A stretch of DNA of 61,363 nt, filler included, from Platydemus manokwari (lineage: Eukaryota): the NCBI GenBank assembly GCA_037951405.1. It is 6 parts of 6 records of this genome, joined end to end, with 100 filler letters (N's around TTAATTAATTAA, not from the genome) between each part and the next. Parts side by side here need not be neighbours in the genome. Positions count along the whole stretch, not along the records: positions 20,830 to 30,935 come from JBBMOY011168325.1; positions 31,036 to 41,003 come from JBBMOY011183767.1; 4 more parts are not named here. The stretch is one strand, 5' to 3'. Below are positions 23,901 through 37,433 of this stretch, piece after piece. The position numbers were made by a program, and so were the translations under genes. The number at the start of each line of letters is the position of its first letter. Position 1 is the first letter of the stretch. The notes beneath the pieces are model-generated. The model saw only the letters and a list, made by a program, of their open reading frames with translations. It had not been told where the DNA came from and ran no database searches.

Positions 23901-26055
23901 TTAACAAACTATACAATTTAGTGGTTTCGTAAAATGGGCAAGTTCTGTTGTTTTGAACCTCTATTTATATCAAATTTATTCTTCATGCTTTATTGGTTTA
24001 TTTTGATACAATATTATTTATTTCCCTGACAATTTCCCTTTAATGTTTAATATTTAACTATAGCTATATGATTTTATTATTAAGAATATTTGTTTTATAT
24101 TCTTTTTTCTTTTCCTTTTATGCCAAAAGCCAAGTATTTATATAAATTATCAATATTATTTTATATAATTATTAATATATTGTTTTAAATTAACTATCTA
24201 TTGATATTTCACATAAATAATTAAACAGACTAAAAATGATAAAAACAATACAATTTTAAAATCTATCGAAAAACTGAAAATGTAACAAAAGAGTCTTTTT
24301 CGAATTGTATCGAATTAGGAAGGATGTTACCAAAAATACATTGTTACATTTACTAAAACGTTAAATTGACTAAAAACTTGTTCTGCTTGTCTTAACCAAA
24401 ATGATACATTTATAAAAATTTCATACATTATAGATTTATACAAATAAAAAATTACTACTGTACCGAAGCATAAATATAAATTACTACTATATTGTTTTTC
24501 ATGCAAATCATATCAAGATAAAACTTGTAGATAATTGTTACACAATAATTGTCAGTAATATGTCCAGATGGCCAAGATCCCCAACAAATAGATTAAAAAT
24601 TTAGAATTTTTCGCTCATAAAAATATCGACTTCAAAAACTCGGTTTAAAAAGAAAAATTTAAATCATGAATTCGATGAAAAGGAAAAGCTGTATATTGTA
24701 ATTCGATTATTAAGAAACTGGAGTATCAAGTTTAGGAAAATTCATAAAAACGATTACAGAACCTCTGAAAAAATTGGATCTTATATAAAAAGGAACAAAC
24801 GCCAAAAATGCGTGTCTAAAGAGAATTATTTGTTTGATACCATATTCTAAAATCTTTATATTTAAAATAGGTAGATTCGTCAAATTCGAATTAGCCAATC
24901 CCAACCATAAAATCATTTTGATTAAAATCATTTGCGAAAAACAATAGTAAAGTATAACTGTCAGTTAATTAATTAATTATTCCTATTTGTATATTAATTA
25001 GTAGTTGTAATTTATTTGATTTTCAATAGAGGATTTTTCTTATAAAATTTTTGTTTTTTGATTTATCTGTATTGTTAAATTGACTGATTATTGGAGGCTT
25101 ACTTTGATTTCATATCAGATTAGCGTTAATTGAACTCATCTATTGTATTATAATATATAAGCCATAAAATCCAGCAGAATAAGCAACTAATTATTGCATT
25201 AATACTTTATCAGAGCTCTACTAATATATTGTAAAACCCAATGACATCCCAACATTTAAACATGGAATTGTAAAGCTTTGGATGTAGTCCTTCGCGATCT
25301 TAAAATAGGGTTCAGTAACTTTATTATTCAGAAATTATCTCGATGAAAGTTTAAGACAGCATCATCACAAATTGTCTATTAATAATTGGATTTGCTAGAC
25401 ACCAATATCAGACTCCTGGTTTGGCTCTTCTATTTATAGTCTTCTTAGTAGCATCTTGTACCAAGTCAAGATGGGTTTCAAGTTCACATCTACCTCAAAT
25501 AAAAGAATGTATCAGTATTTTGCAATGAATATAAAATTATTTTATGTTATTTATTTTACCATCGATTGGTATGGCATCTGTTAGATATTCTAATTTGGAA
25601 GTGTAACTTTTATCCAAAAATGTCTCAATTACTATAAATAATTAAATAACTGATATGAAATTAAAAATCATTGATAATTAATTGAATAAAAATTTAATTT
25701 GTTTTTAATTTAAATTAACTTATATAAATTAATACTATAAACGATTATTTTGTGATTGCTTCTGTCATATCAGTGTTTAAAAAATCACATTATTGTTAAT
25801 TTTTATTTTCACAAAAATTTAAATCAAAGAAGCAAATTTTCAACAAAAAGTGATCGCAATCTTTAAAGTCATTATTTTTCATAAAATTTTATTTGAATAG
25901 ACTTTCAACTTTTACTTATTAAAAAATTCATAATATGTTCAGATTAATTGTAATATTATAGCACTGAAAATTTTTTCCTTAGGGCCTAAAAATTGATTAT
26001 TTACCATGATAATAATACCTAATATTTGTTTTAATATTCAAGATAATCATTTAAA

Positions 26056-28588
26056 ATGGGTAAAAAAAAAGATTTAGATTTTAAAAAAGTGAAAATTAAA
26101 ATTGGTAAAAGCAAGCCATCAAATAATGTGACAAAATTTAACATTAAAACTTCTAAAATTGTTATACCCGGAGAAAATAAAAAGGAGTTAGTTAAACAGG
26201 TAACAGATTAAAATTTCATTTTTATAATTGTATCGTGAGTTATTCCTTTAGGCCAGAGATGAAACTTATTTTTCCCGCAATGAAAATCATCTTCTTGATA
26301 ATTTAAAATATATGCATTCTGCATTATTAGCGTCTATTAATAAGAAAACTAAAATAATGACCAGTACTAAACTTGATTTAACACAGTCAACTTGGAAAAC
26401 GATTTCCAGAGTAAAATGGCAAACCCCGTGGGATAATGTGATAGAAGATTTTTATACCAAAATTGGATCAATGGAAATATATTATTTTATGATATTTGAT
26501 AATGCTCTCAACCATAAAGAACTCAAAGTCAACGAAGAAGCAATCAAATGTTTGAATCTTTATTTTGAATTGTTCAGCAACACTTCTCAATCAGTGTCAA
26601 CCACCAAACGAGCAATCCCATTCATCAAAAGATTAATGAAATCAAATAATAAAAACAAAATGTTGCTAGCATTAGAATTGGCATTATCGTTAGCCAAATA
26701 TTGTCCCTTTGCATTCTGGCATGCTGCAAGATGGCGATCAGCGGTTTTCATATTAGAACTGTTGCAGAAATGTTTGACAAAAGTTGATAAGGTAGAAATA
26801 TTGGATTTATCTGACAACTTTTTGACCACATCTCAGCTATATGACAGCTTAATGGATATGAATCAGTTCTTATCGATCTCGGAAGCAATAATTGCTAGTG
26901 TTGTTGATGGCAGGAGAGCTGGTATGGTAATCGTTGGTAAGAATTGATTAGCAGTAATAGACGAGTGTTTATAAATGTCCACAGGGGAAGAGGCGAGCCA
27001 ATTGAATGATGTTGCGATGCCACCATTTGATGATCCGTATTATCTTAACCAAAGTTACATGGACGATGAGCTGAGAGTTGTGACTGATGCCGAAGATAGA
27101 TGGGATCCAGAAGATATGGAAGCTCACGAAAAATTCAATCTTAATCAATTCCTGACTGGATTTGCTGACGCAATGCTGGACATTGGAATCAAATTGCTAC
27201 CAGGTATCAAGTGAAACCCGAATCAATCATTTGTTGTTATTGATCTCTCTCTCTCTAGTTTCAGCTGGATGCGAAAAATCGCTGGCGCAATTGGCTAAAA
27301 TCGTCAAGATTCTCAGTCGGTGTTGTCTGAGATCGGAAGCGAATGGGAAATGGATGAATTTCATTGAGAAACTCGTCCAACAGTTCCCGTATGCGATTGA
27401 AAAACCAGCTCAAGCAGTATCCATGGAGATAGATTCCATTTGTGCCAGTAAAAAAGATCTGACGGGTTTATCAAAAAAGGAGAGAAAATTACAGCAAAAA
27501 AGTTTGACGAAATTTGTGGCGTGTTTTCATGACTACTGTGTGTCTCTGTTCAGGACTGGAGCTGGACCAGAAGATGGTCGAGTTGTGCAGCAATGCAAAA
27601 ACGATAAAAAATTCGAAAAACGAAAAATTGTTTAAAGAAATCAATGACGAGCTTAACATTCACACAGTGGCATTGGTGCATCAGTGCTTGATATCAGATA
27701 AGGTTGTCATGGGCAACGAATCGATAAGTAATTGGACCAATCAGCTCAAGCAATTTTTATCAAATTGTGATTGGTCGAGAAATGAAATGATTTTACAATG
27801 GCTTTCTCTTGGGCGACAAATCATTCAGTTGTCTTACGACAGGTCGGTATTGATTCGGTATTTTTATTCGCTTATCAATCAATTTCAATACGATAATTAT
27901 ATATAATGATAATATATAATCAGATTCAATCCATCTGCTCTGGCAGTCAACGACATATTCCTGGCGTTCTCGTTCGATATGTTCCTCGGTGCTCATTGCG
28001 CATCCAAGGTGAAGCGTGTAGCTCTGGCCAATTATGTCCAGGCTTGTCTCAGATCGGTTCGTATACGGGATGAGTATGTTTAATTATTGATTTTTTGAAT
28101 CCGATACAATACCAGCTGATTATAGATCGATAACATATCCGCTGATCGATAATGAGTTCTGGACGATACTGATCGACCTCATCATCTTCGATACTGAATC
28201 TGGCACCAAGCCAGGTCTTTCGAATCCCCACCCAGCCAAATTGTTGCCAATAGCCTATTTCGATGTCACATCGATTCGAGCTGGATACATGTTGCTCCAG
28301 GAGAAATATCCTGGCATCGTCGACCTATTTCGCAATACCGGTGCCGACAAGAAGATGGTTTTGAAGCAATGTTTCACAGATTTGCGGAGAAATCTTAACA
28401 ACCAATCAAATCACGCAGCACCAGACGATTATCAAGCCATGTTGCGCAATCAGTTGTCAGAGACTTGTTTCTGGGATTATTTTACGAGCGACCTGGTTGA
28501 CAGGAAAACAAGTTTCGATGGTATCGATTGGATTGGATGGCGCTTGAAACCATTGTGCAGCTCTATTGATGATATTTTATTACAATAA
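26056..28588 (+). CDS. TEX10: TEX10/Ipi1 homologue (Rix1/PELP1 complex, pre-60S processing); 7 exons 26056-26199, 26252-26921, 26985-27203, 27259-27501, 27554-27842, 27924-28073, 28126-28588 (~725 aa)
   Basis: Exon 1 encodes MGKKKDLDFKKVKIKIGKSKPSNNVTKFNIKTSKIVIPGE, the Ipi1/TEX10 N-terminal DF.KVK.KVGK.K...N.T....K.K.I..P signature. Six GT-AG introns of 52-81 nt keep the frame open throughout. The donor of intron 4 is the least certain. Confidence 0.82.
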
Positions 28589-28650
28589 ATATTCATTGAT
28601 TTCCTTTATTATTGTGTTTTGATTTAATGTTTTTATCGAAATGAATTATC

Positions 28651-28701
28651 GTGACTCAATTCTGATTGGCTGAATTTCGTTCAGTGATCTGGTGTCACGT
28701 G
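28651..28701. promoter_or_regulatory. Cluster of AP-1, NF-Y (CCAAT) and E-box motifs
   Basis: TGACTCA at 28652, CTGATTGGCTG at 28662 and GTCACGTG at 28694, all within 50 nt just downstream of the TEX10 stop. Confidence 0.35.
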
Positions 28702-28757
28702 TTGAATTTATTCGCAGTAAAATATGTTGATAGCTGTGTTTATAGATTTTCATGTTT

Positions 28758-29266
28758 TGCTTAAATCAATAAAAGAGGTCCTAAAATGAAATGTTAAATT
28801 TGTTGAGTGTATTGCAGAAATCTATATAGTTTATTTATTTATATTCTTTAAGAACATTATGAATTTTTTATTTAAGTTCTTAAGAAGAATCTTTGTTATT
28901 TGAAATCAAATGTTGAATATACTAGAGCTTCGGAACCTCCTAAAATTTGATTATTTGAAAAACGGTTCATTTTAGGTCAAATTGCAATTTTATCAAACAT
29001 CTCCTGAGTTTCCAAAGTTCATTTTTAAATAAATAATTTTAAATTTACAAAATCAAAAAATCATGTAGAAATACTGCGAATAGAATAAGAAGTTGTATTA
29101 AAAACTGAGATGTGTCCTCATTCGACATCCTAAAAAGTCAGATATTAACTTAATTATACAAATAAATCAAGCATCGCAATTATATATAACATAATGTTAT
29201 AAAATTACCTCTTGCGCGAAAATTCGTCATTACTAATGTAGGTCAAATGACCTCGTTCTTAACCTA
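28758..29266 (-). mobile_element. ~600-bp MITE family, inverted and more diverged copy
   Basis: The reverse complement matches the family: GGTCATTTGACCTACA, AATTTTCGCGCA, TTTTAGGATGTC, TGCAATACACTCAACAAAATTTAA and the TIR region. Confidence 0.75.
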
Positions 29267-30867
29267 AAAATTGCTTGAATTAACATTAAAAATTACTTTG
29301 ATTACTTAATGTTTGATGATTGTGTGCACCGATAAAATGATCAGCGACCTCGATCGATTGAATATCTACAACAATGACGATTGGTTAATCAATGGATGTC
29401 GTTTTACTCCAATGAATTACACAGAACACTGTATATCGATGAAGTTCATTTTGTGGTATTTGTAACAAACTTGGCTAAATGTAACGATTATTGTGATCAT
29501 TTGCTCAACAATAATCTGATTATTTTCAAATTTTAGGTTGTATAAATCACTAATCATGACAGCAATTAAACTTTATTAATGACAAAAAATCGATGATTAA
29601 CTTTTGTAATAATTCAATAATAAAATATCGAAATCTGAGTTCAATTTAAGTGTTGCGGGTTGATTTTATTGATTAAATATGTGCCCTAAAATGTGACTGT
29701 AAAACGATTACTAGAGTCGAAGCTAATGGTACCGAATATTGTTCAAAAAAATGAAAGTTGGTGAAAATTAATTAAAAGGCATGTATTACTTATTCGTACA
29801 TGTTTTAACACATCGTTAAAAAAACCCAATCGGCTTACACGATGTGATCTCGTGTCATTGGAAAATAGACTTAAAACTATTACAACTTTTTGTTTCTTTC
29901 GAGCTTTTTTAGCTGACATTTAAATGTTGTTTCATTGGAACTCGCAGACATCCAAATTTCTTTTTATGAATTTCAATTTTGACATTTTAAATATCACTTT
30001 TTTTCTTTTAAGGTCCTCTTAACTTTATTATTATAATAATTAATATTTTAGCACATTTTGGCAATGTCCATGACTTAATCAGTTTCATAAGTTCTGATCA
30101 CCCAAGCCTGGTAAGAAATCTTATTATTTAATGTTCTTTTGCCACGACCTCTTCAGATATTCATGTTAGGACGAGATGAAATGCACTGGACACTGCTTCA
30201 ACTAAAAGCTGTTATTCAAACCTTGGCTGCAGGTAGTTACATAAAACCTATCTACTGTTTCTGTATTGGCTGTATTTACACCTTCATTCTTTTCTTTAAG
30301 TCACAACTACCTCTTATGAAAATTTAGTGAAATGATATTCAATATGATATCGTTATCATAGATGAGATGATTTCTTTGGGCACATTCGAGTGCAATATCT
30401 AAACGGATTTTCTAGATGAATACAAGTCTATTAACACACAATTACAATTATAACAAATAACACCAAACTATATTTCCTGTATCAAAATACACCAAAATGT
30501 CAAAATGTAACTTACAAATTTCTGAAAGAGGGTGATTAATATTCTCCACAGGGAAGTTAAATCGATATTCAAGAAATTTGATTTCAACTCGATAGATAAG
30601 GAGAATATGCGACGATGTTGTATATACAAATATTATTTTACAGAAAAATATCTTCCAGTTCGTGTACTGAACATAAAGTTCTTGAACAATTGGCAACAAC
30701 AAAAATTCAACCAATTGGGCTTTGAGGCTTTAGAATTTCTATACTTTCCATTACGGGTTCTTTTAGTATTTTCAAATGAATTTCAAAAAGGGGATAAGTT
30801 AGGTTTCTTTGATCGATTTATACTTATTTTGATTGTAATGGTCACTATTGTTTTAATGTTATATATA

Positions 30868-31105
30868 TTAGGCTGAGTCAAAAGTTATTCATGTTTTTTA
30901 GTTGTTTAAAGTTTTTGTTTTACCAAATCATTTAANNNNNNNNNNNNNNNNNNNNNNNNNNNNNNNNNNNNNNNNNNNNTTAATTAATTAANNNNNNNNN
31001 NNNNNNNNNNNNNNNNNNNNNNNNNNNNNNNNNNNTCAGCGTTATAACAATTTGTGTTAATAAAATACCTGCATAAAAACATGAATAACTTTTGACTCAA
31101 CCTGG
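30868..31105. mobile_element. Tc1/mariner-like element: both TIRs present, body lost in the assembly gap
   Basis: TA|TTAGGCTGAGTCAAAAGTTATTCATGTTTT at 30868 and AAAACATGAATAACTTTTGACTCAACCTGG|TA ending at 31105 form ~30-bp inverted repeats with TA flanks. Confidence 0.8.
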
Positions 31106-31433
31106 TATATAAAATGAGGGAATTTTTATATTTGGATTAAAAATGAAGACAAATCAGATGAAATAAATTTTAAATTTCAATTTCTTTTGAAGATTGACGT
31201 ATGAAATAATATATTTTTTGCTCATTTGTAAACATGGCTTCTGATTTAAATCTCAACAATGAAGAAATTTCAGCAATGAACAATTTTGATGTACACAGAA
31301 TCGATCAGGTCATCAATAAGGTTGAATTAAATTTAATGCGCTATTTAATAAGAAATCTCCTAAGCAAAACGGACTACTTTATCAATAATTAGATGAATTT
31401 CGATAGTTCATCCCAAAATCAAGGTATACATAA

Positions 31434-31453
31434 GTGTGTGTGTGTGTGTGTGT
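31434..31453. repeat. (GT)n microsatellite
   Basis: About 10 GT units, seen directly. Confidence 0.9.
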
Positions 31454-34242
31454 CAAACTATTTGTAAATGTGACCTGGATATGCCTCAATTATTTCAACA
31501 AATTTGCTTCTTCAAGATAATACAGGTTGACAGTACATACACATTAATAGATACACTTTGTTGGTCCCAGTAAGTATATATCACAAAAATTCAAGAAAGT
31601 TAACATGTCAGCTTAGCCTGTAAGATGAAATTCCTTCATTGGTAAGCAATGTGTGAATAAGAATAATCGTCATTTTATTAACGAGGATGTCAAGGATTTC
31701 GAAGCCAGATCGAGTAATATATATTCCCAGAAATTATTCAGATGAAAATGAGTTAGTTTCCCAAAATATCTATCTATATCCTGTTTCAATGACTAATTAG
31801 ATACCATGGTAGCCATATCAATTCAATAAGCTAACAAAGTCATCATCGAATTTAATACCCTTTAATCTTACGTGAGCAACCAAATGAAACTATAAACAAA
31901 TATATGTGTACAAAATGAAAGAAATTGGAGAGATTAAATCTGATAATTTGACGAATTATTTGGAATTTATGCACGATAAAAATCGATATTTATATTTTGA
32001 TATCGATTGGAACTTATAAAATATATAATTATTTGATTTATGTGTTTGATATGAGAAATTTGGTGGCAAATAACATTGCAGATATTAAAATCATTTATCA
32101 ACACACTTAACCAAATGGCCCCCCGTATCTGTGTCGACAAACAGAAACATTTAGCAAAAAAATTCATGATATTATATGATCAAAGAAAAGCTATTATTAG
32201 AATCAACAAGTCAATCGTGCGTGAAGACATTTAATTGTAAAGCTAATTTTCAATATAAGATTTTGATATAATGTCAAGGTCTTGTGATGGTTTTAAAATT
32301 TGGATCAAGAAATTTAATAACAAATCCAGCAAAGTCATTAAACGAGAAAATGGTTTCATATCTTCTACAACACAAATCACTATTGGATAAGTTAGTCAAA
32401 TAACTTACTGATGTGTGTGTCAATTCACAGATCATTGTACTTCTATTAATTACCCGCTAGTCGACTGTTGATTTCTTTTGGGACTGCGGTGTCACCTTAT
32501 GAATATCAATTAATATTTTGCATTGTTAATTCGAATATCATAAAAATAAAGAACCAATCACATCAATCCAAGTATATAAAGGTCGGAAAATGTTGAAGGT
32601 TTTCTAAATATTTCTCATCGCTAATGATATTTCATCGACGATGTCATATGATGGATAGGTTTTTCACATCACAGTGGAACGGATGTGACAGCAATCAACG
32701 ATGAGTAGTGAGTGTCTCATTGGGTTTAGAGTCATGTGGGATAAATATGCTTTGGTGAAATGTGTCTTTATTGGTGTGATGGACAAAGAAAAAATTAGGG
32801 TTTGAAAAATTGGAAGAACAGAACGAAATAACAATGATAATTTCATCAATATTGTTATTATATTTTATTGATATCTCTTCTGTATAAAAGAAAGTAGAGC
32901 CAAATAATAAAGCCCATTTATCAAAGTTTCTATCAACGGAATATGATTATTATTATTATTATTTTTATTATTATTATTACTATTTAACTTTTTCATTTCC
33001 TCACAATCAAACATTGGATAGAAAATAATGATAAGAACATTAATAGATAAATGTGGCACGGAAAATTGAATGGAAANNNNNNNNNNNNNNNNNNNNNNNN
33101 NNNNNNNNNNNNNNNNNNNNNNNNNNNNNNNNNNNNNNNNNNNNNNNNNNNNNNNNNNNNNNNNNNNNNNNNNNNNNNNNNNNNNNNNNNNNNNNNNNNN
33201 NNNNNNNNNNNNNNNNNNNNNNNNNNNNNNNTGAAATGCTCATTATAATAGGAAAAGTATTATCAATAAATTAAAATTAAAATTAATAAATTACGAATGA
33301 AAAATTCTTCTTTTAATGAGAATCTCAATCAAAGTTTTTCAGATATTAGTAAAAACCGCAACCCAATTTACTAAAAAGCAAAAATCAAAAACGATAAAAC
33401 CAAAACAATGGTTATCGATTAGTAAAATTTATAAAAATAAATATCAATTTGATAAGAAAACTCCTTATATTTTTTACATGTTTAATATATTACTAAATTA
33501 AATCGTTAATAAATTCCAACCAAACATTATCGTATCAGTCATCCTCGCCAGATTCAATCATTCGTCAGGTTTTCTACCACTGTGGAAAAATCGATAATAC
33601 TGCTTAATAATTCATCTAACTAATTTACAGGGAAAAAAAATAATAGAATATTTAACGGCTGAAATTTTCTAATATTGCTTATTGAAAAGGATAAATAAAT
33701 ATTAAGGCAACCAATTCAGAAAACTAATTCGAAAACAAAAAATAACGTTGAATCCCATATCAATTGTTTGTGGCCACGTGCCGGCTCGTCCTCTGAGAGT
33801 ATCAAAAATGCTTTGTACCGAATGCATTCCATTGACGCAAACTTCTGAAAGATTTTAACGTTTCTTTTATGGGAAAATTTCCAGTCTTTTATATTGGGTT
33901 TCTTAAAACGATTCTGTTTCATTCAATCAAAACAGTATTATAGTTAAAAGCCAAAAATCATTTTGGTTTTTTTTGAGACTGATTTTTGAATTCAGAAATT
34001 GTTTCTGAAAGGATCAATGTTTGGTTTGGTTTGTTTTTTCATTTCCAAGTGCCGTGTTGAAACAGATTTCGTAGCAACAAACCAGATGTGTTTTATTATT
34101 TATCGATTTAATAAATATTATATTTAATTATAAATAACGTTATTTAATTTAATATTATTGTTTTTATTATTAATACTTTATATTTTGTTAGTATTATTAA
34201 TAATTATAATTATCTCACTTATTATTAATTCTTATTATAATG

Positions 34243-34310
<68 letters not shown>
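34243..34310. repeat. Perfect 68-bp palindrome made of head-to-head (ATA)11/(TAT)11 microsatellites
   Basis: (ATA)11A is followed immediately by T(TAT)11, its exact reverse complement. Confidence 0.92.
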
Positions 34311-35614
34311 GTTAAAATTGAAGTATTTTGTTTTTATTTGTTGTTAATAATAACTTAATTATAATAATCATCATTATTAGTAAATAACTTGTAATAACTA
34401 CTGACAACACCTACCGAGCAATGGATCGATAAACAAGCTGAGTAAAGTTTTCTTATCATCAGTATCGGATAGGCTCTCGAATTCACCATTTTATAATTCA
34501 CTCATTACTGGATTCAAAGTCCAAGGTCATTTCATGAATATTCACAATCACTATCATTCATCACGAGTATCTGAAGGCCAAATCCGATAACAAACTCTAA
34601 ATCGTATGAACCTTGTTATTCGTGTTTATGAGCTCATTTTTATCGAAAAGTTATTACAATTAAAAACATTCATCAAACCGTATGCAAAAACCAACCAAAT
34701 ATTTTCTTGATATGTGGTTGATATTCTTGTAATTCACACCAGGACTAATTTTGTTTGAGATTTCTCCAATATATTTTTCCACAGCAATTATAATTCGGTA
34801 ATTATGTTCTTATATTATCTCCTCATCACACCGTTTTCGATATGTTGAAAAATTATAAAAAAAACAAATAATAATAAACAGAATCGTTATTGTAATATTA
34901 AGAAAGTAAAAGAGCTATTTGATGAATATTTCGGTTTCCCATCAATCCAGAAAGAATCAGTTCAGATCATTCTGATAACAAAAAAAAAATCCAAATAAAA
35001 TTGCAGAAAACAAAAAACATTTTTTTCTTCATATATGAATTATGAAAAAGTCTTTAAAACAAGTGAATGGTTTTCCACTGGCAAGTGAAACATTCTCTAC
35101 AAATTGAATCCATACCTATTCTCACCTAATCTAACGTACAGCTGATGTCATTGCACCTGGTGCCGGCACTTGTATATGTATTTTTTCAACATTTGTTTTG
35201 CTGAAAGTTGTCGTAAAATAATTTCACAAAATTTTACAAAATTCAAGTGAATGTTGAGAGGTTTAGTTTTTGTTTTGATATCTTCTTTTAGAAGGAGTGT
35301 CATTGGCAATTGTTAGTGGATTCAGAAAATATCGTTGACTAGATGATGATGCTACTTCGGTTTCCATAGTTGATATTAAAATCAAAAGCTTAAATATAAA
35401 TGTAAATTCAAAATTCGAATTTTTTTAAGATAATATTTTTTAAATTTTATTCATGATTTTTGATTATAATAACAATTATAATAAAATTATAATGATAATA
35501 ATAATATAATTATAATAAACAGTAATAATCACTAAAGCTACAATTTGGGCAATAGATATATAAATTAAAATTTTAGAATATCACTGATATAATATCACAC
35601 CAAACAAAAAATTG

Positions 35615-36217
35615 GGCGTAAGTTAAAAAAGGGTCCTTTGACCTACTTTCGTTATAATGAATTTTCGCGCATCAGATAATTTTATAACTTAATTTTATAT
35701 ATAACTGCTACGTGTGATTTATTTGTATAATTCAGTTAATATTTTATTTTTTAAGATGTCTAATAGTGACAAAACATAGTTTATAAATCAAGCTCTCATT
35801 CTAATCACAACACTTCTATATGATTATTTGAATTTTTAAATTTTTATAATTATAAATCGAGTTAGTTAACTATAGACATGTTTAATAATATCATTGGATA
35901 ATTTTATAAAATAATTGTAAAAATTGAGAATATCTTTCAATTTACTTCAGATGTTAAAACAAGGCGTCCTCACTAATTTTCAATAAATTGAAATTCGACC
36001 TACTTCGAAGCGTTTATCAAATAATCAAATTTTAAGAGATTATTAAGCTCTAGTGTATTTAATATTTGATTTCAAACAACTAAAATTCTTCTTAAGTATT
36101 TAAATAAAAAATTCAAAATGGTTTTAAAGAATATAATTAAATAAACTATGTAGAATTTTGCAATACACTCAACAAATTTAAAATTTCATTTTAAGACCCC
36201 TTTTTCTAACTTTAACC
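35615..36217 (+). mobile_element. ~600-bp MITE family, full-length copy
   Basis: Termini GGCGTAAGTTAAAAAAGGGTCC and GACCCCTTTTTCTAACTTTAACC. The internal region is nearly identical to the 37434 copy. Confidence 0.85.
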
Positions 36218-37433
36218 GAATTATACTCTATTAAAAGTGTTAATGAGTGACATCAGCTGTATCTATTTCATAAAGCATGTATCTTGAAAATCAATTCAAA
36301 AACCAAAACACGTGAAGTACATTTAACCAATTTATTTTAAAAAAAATAAGTCGATAATTTCAAATTTTTAAAATAAATTATGAACAGTATCAATTTTAAA
36401 CAATCGCATTTTATTCTGTCCTCACCAACTATTTTGGTGGTTCATATTATCGTTTACTTAGATCAAAACATAATCATAAATATTATACAAAACTGAAAGA
36501 CAAAAACACTGTTCGGGATAAGCATAAAGTGGTAAATTTAAGCCTGGAGCATTTCTCCATCATAAATTCTGTAATTGATTATAAATATCGCTCTAGGAAG
36601 AATCGATATTTTGCCAGTTCACCATCATTTAATGAAATCATTTCATCAGATCATTTAAAACAAGGATTTATGTATTGTCAGATTTAGCTCGACAGCGGAA
36701 CTATAAATTGAAGGTTCGTGATTAATTGCTGAAATATAAGTTGAATGAAAATTTTTTACTGAGTTGAATTGAGATGTCAAAAACATATAATCTCTCCCAT
36801 TGACAATTAAGCATTTACTGGCACAATGTCGTGTGAATTGTTAAATCGATGGGAAGCTAAGTCAATAAATGAGATATGCAGCTTTGTATTTTGATCTACG
36901 AAGTTCGATAAAACATCTAATAAGGAGTAATGTTTATTTGATAAGATATCATTTAATTTAATTGCCGTCAGGTGGTGTGTCAACGATCATCACATGACCC
37001 TGTGTTCCTAAAGACGATTTCACAGCTTTATTATTATTATTAACATCGGTTTATTATTGTTTTTTTTTCATCTAAAATATATGAATTGATTCAGTTGATA
37101 GATTTGATATTTAATTACTCGAGCAAGATTAAGCAAATTATTTAAAATTGAATTTGCTCATCACAAAAATTAAAAAATAATTTTAAAAAACACATTTAGA
37201 TAATAAATAATATTTTTTAAAAATTTCCAATTAAATATTTTGATAACAATTTCAAAAAATAAAATTGAAAATAGAATGAGTCAAAGGAATAATTGAAAAA
37301 TTAAATTAAAATTTAATTTCAATTAAAAAAGCAATTGAAAAATTTTAAAAAATTAAATAATAATTAGATAATTAAATAAAAATAAATTTTGATTTTACTT
37401 TTAATTATTACAATAATCATAATCATACAAGCT

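Noticed and set aside
29337-29460. In-frame TGA in an alternative frame, considered as selenocysteine or a genetic-code change
   Set aside because: No selenoprotein motif or SECIS seen, and bona fide genes in the window use standard stops.
33040-33274. Three ORFs full of X
   Set aside because: Artefacts of reading through an N gap.
34158-34358. ORF with poly-Asn and poly-Tyr
   Set aside because: It is only a translation of the (AAT)/(TAT) microsatellite palindrome.
35150-35172. CATTGCACCTGGTGCCGGC resembling the miR-92/25 family seed (also TATTGCAC at ~38117)
   Set aside because: No complementary arm to form a pre-miRNA hairpin.
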